Positions 62,428 to 64,000 of a stretch of 64,000 bases of DNA are shown piece after piece. Source of the stretch: the human T2T-CHM13v2.0 reference genome, Homo sapiens. The stretch is taken from NCBI RefSeq assembly GCF_009914755.1, contig NC_060948.1; one strand, given 5' to 3'. The position numbers and the translations under genes are program-made. Under the pieces are notes generated by a model that made no database searches, had not been told where the DNA came from, and worked only from the letters and a program-made list of their open reading frames with translations. Numbering within the stretch: the first letter of the stretch is position 1; each line of letters begins with the position of its first letter.

Positions 62428-62645
62428 ATCCTCAGTGGAAAAGCTATTTTAGATCTGGACAAAGAGGATTTTACAAGAGTGTGCTAATGTTTTTCAAAAT
62501 GTGCTTGGTGTTGGGGAAAACTATTGATACGTGAGCCCTAAAATCAGTTCCTACAAGTAGGGCCCAGAAATCTCCATTTTTTAAAAAAGATGTTTCTCTG
62601 GAAATTTAAGAACTATAGCTGTTTTCTGAAATATAAGTGGTCTGA

Positions 62646-62968
<323 letters not shown>

Positions 62969-63099
62969 GATAATTGTTTTTAAAATAAGTGGTATTGCAT
63001 TGGTCCACATAAACATGAAGGAAGCAAGTAGTGTCTATAGAGCTTGTTCCTCAACAAAAATACTTGCGAATGTGAAGGTAAACTTTTCTTTTTGTATTT

Positions 63100-64000
63100 G
63101 TCTTTGTTTGTCTTTCAAACCTGTGAAGTATTTTGAATATACACACATGGAGAATTACTCCACATATCCATCACTCAGCTTCTATAACTGTTACAACATA
63201 GACAAATCTTATTTCATGTATACCTTTCACCTATTTCACGATCCACTCATGATCCTCCCTCAACTTCACAGTTTTTTGAAGCAAATTTCTGAAATATCAT
63301 TTCCTGTAAAAATATTTTGATGGCATATCTTTAAAAGATAGGAATTCTTTTTTAAGGGTATAATTACATAATCATGTCAAAATAAACATTAACAAAAGCA
63401 TTCAAATTCAACATATTAACAAGAATATGTAGGTATATAATAATATATATATTTGTATTGTATCTGTATATCATAATAGATGTATATTCATGTATATCTG
63501 TATATATAGGCATATTAAGAGTTTATATATTTCAAAGTCATAGTTTTTATAGTTATTTTTCTGGATCAGGATTAAAATAAATCTTATATAATTGTTTAAT
63601 ATGCCTTTTAAGCATCTTCTAATTTATTGATTTTCCCCTCCATTTTTATCTCATATTTTTTATTTAATAAAGAAAAGTCATTTGTCCAGTAGAGTTTCTC
63701 GCCCTCTGAATTGTGTTAATCTATTCCTGTAAAACACTCCCCACCACCATGGCTTTACATGTTTCTCTAAGCCCCTAAATTTATTGTAAATTAGTGGTTA
63801 AATCTAGAGGATTGATTGTGTACAAGACTGCTTTGGGGGAGTTAGGAAACAAATTACTTTATAGATCTTATTGTGCATATCCTTCATAGGGCACATATCT
63901 AATTGTCTTCTAGTAGTCACTGATAATCATTGCTTTAGATTAATTTAGGTACTAGGGCTTGCAAAATGGTGGTATTCTCCTATTGTCTATCCTTTATGAA
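63100..64000 (-). mobile_element. Ancient L1MC/ME 3' region
   Basis: Degenerate antisense 3'UTR motifs (ttttgaagcaaat..atatcattt, ggttaaatctagaggattgatt, gcaaaatggtggtattctc). Confidence 0.5.

Noticed and set aside
63100-64000. Start of a neighbouring gene or pseudogene at the right edge
   Set aside because: Only degenerate L1 and AT-rich sequence is recognisable.

Overview
Eukaryotic, primate (very likely human) male-specific Y-chromosome DNA from the X-degenerate region just downstream of RPS4Y1. The window opens in the penultimate coding exon of RPS4Y1 and includes its last exon and poly(A) signal (1-1790, +). The rest is mostly interspersed repeats. These include more than 30 Alus, several L1s (a near full-length L1PB1, a 5'-inverted L1PA7/8-type copy, a short L1PA3-type copy), and solo LTRs of HERV-K(HML-3) MER9, HERV-K(HML-4) LTR13 and HERV-W LTR17. 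There is also a 3'-truncated HERV-K(HML-6) provirus nested inside an older ERV1 gag. One intron-containing HSFY pseudogene (16513-18485, -; probably HSFY3P) is present. I see no intact novel protein-coding system. The best leads are: (i) several splice-site-flanked, nearly open segments in the non-repetitive islands, which may be fossil exons of an unannotated + strand gene with the HSFY copy inside one of its introns; (ii) a set of templated-insertion / fold-back repair scars (288-bp and 57-bp local copies, perfect micro-hairpins); (iii) an apparent Alu-recombination deletion that truncated two nested proviruses. Repeat subfamily names come from my recall of consensus sequences and need RepeatMasker/Dfam confirmation.
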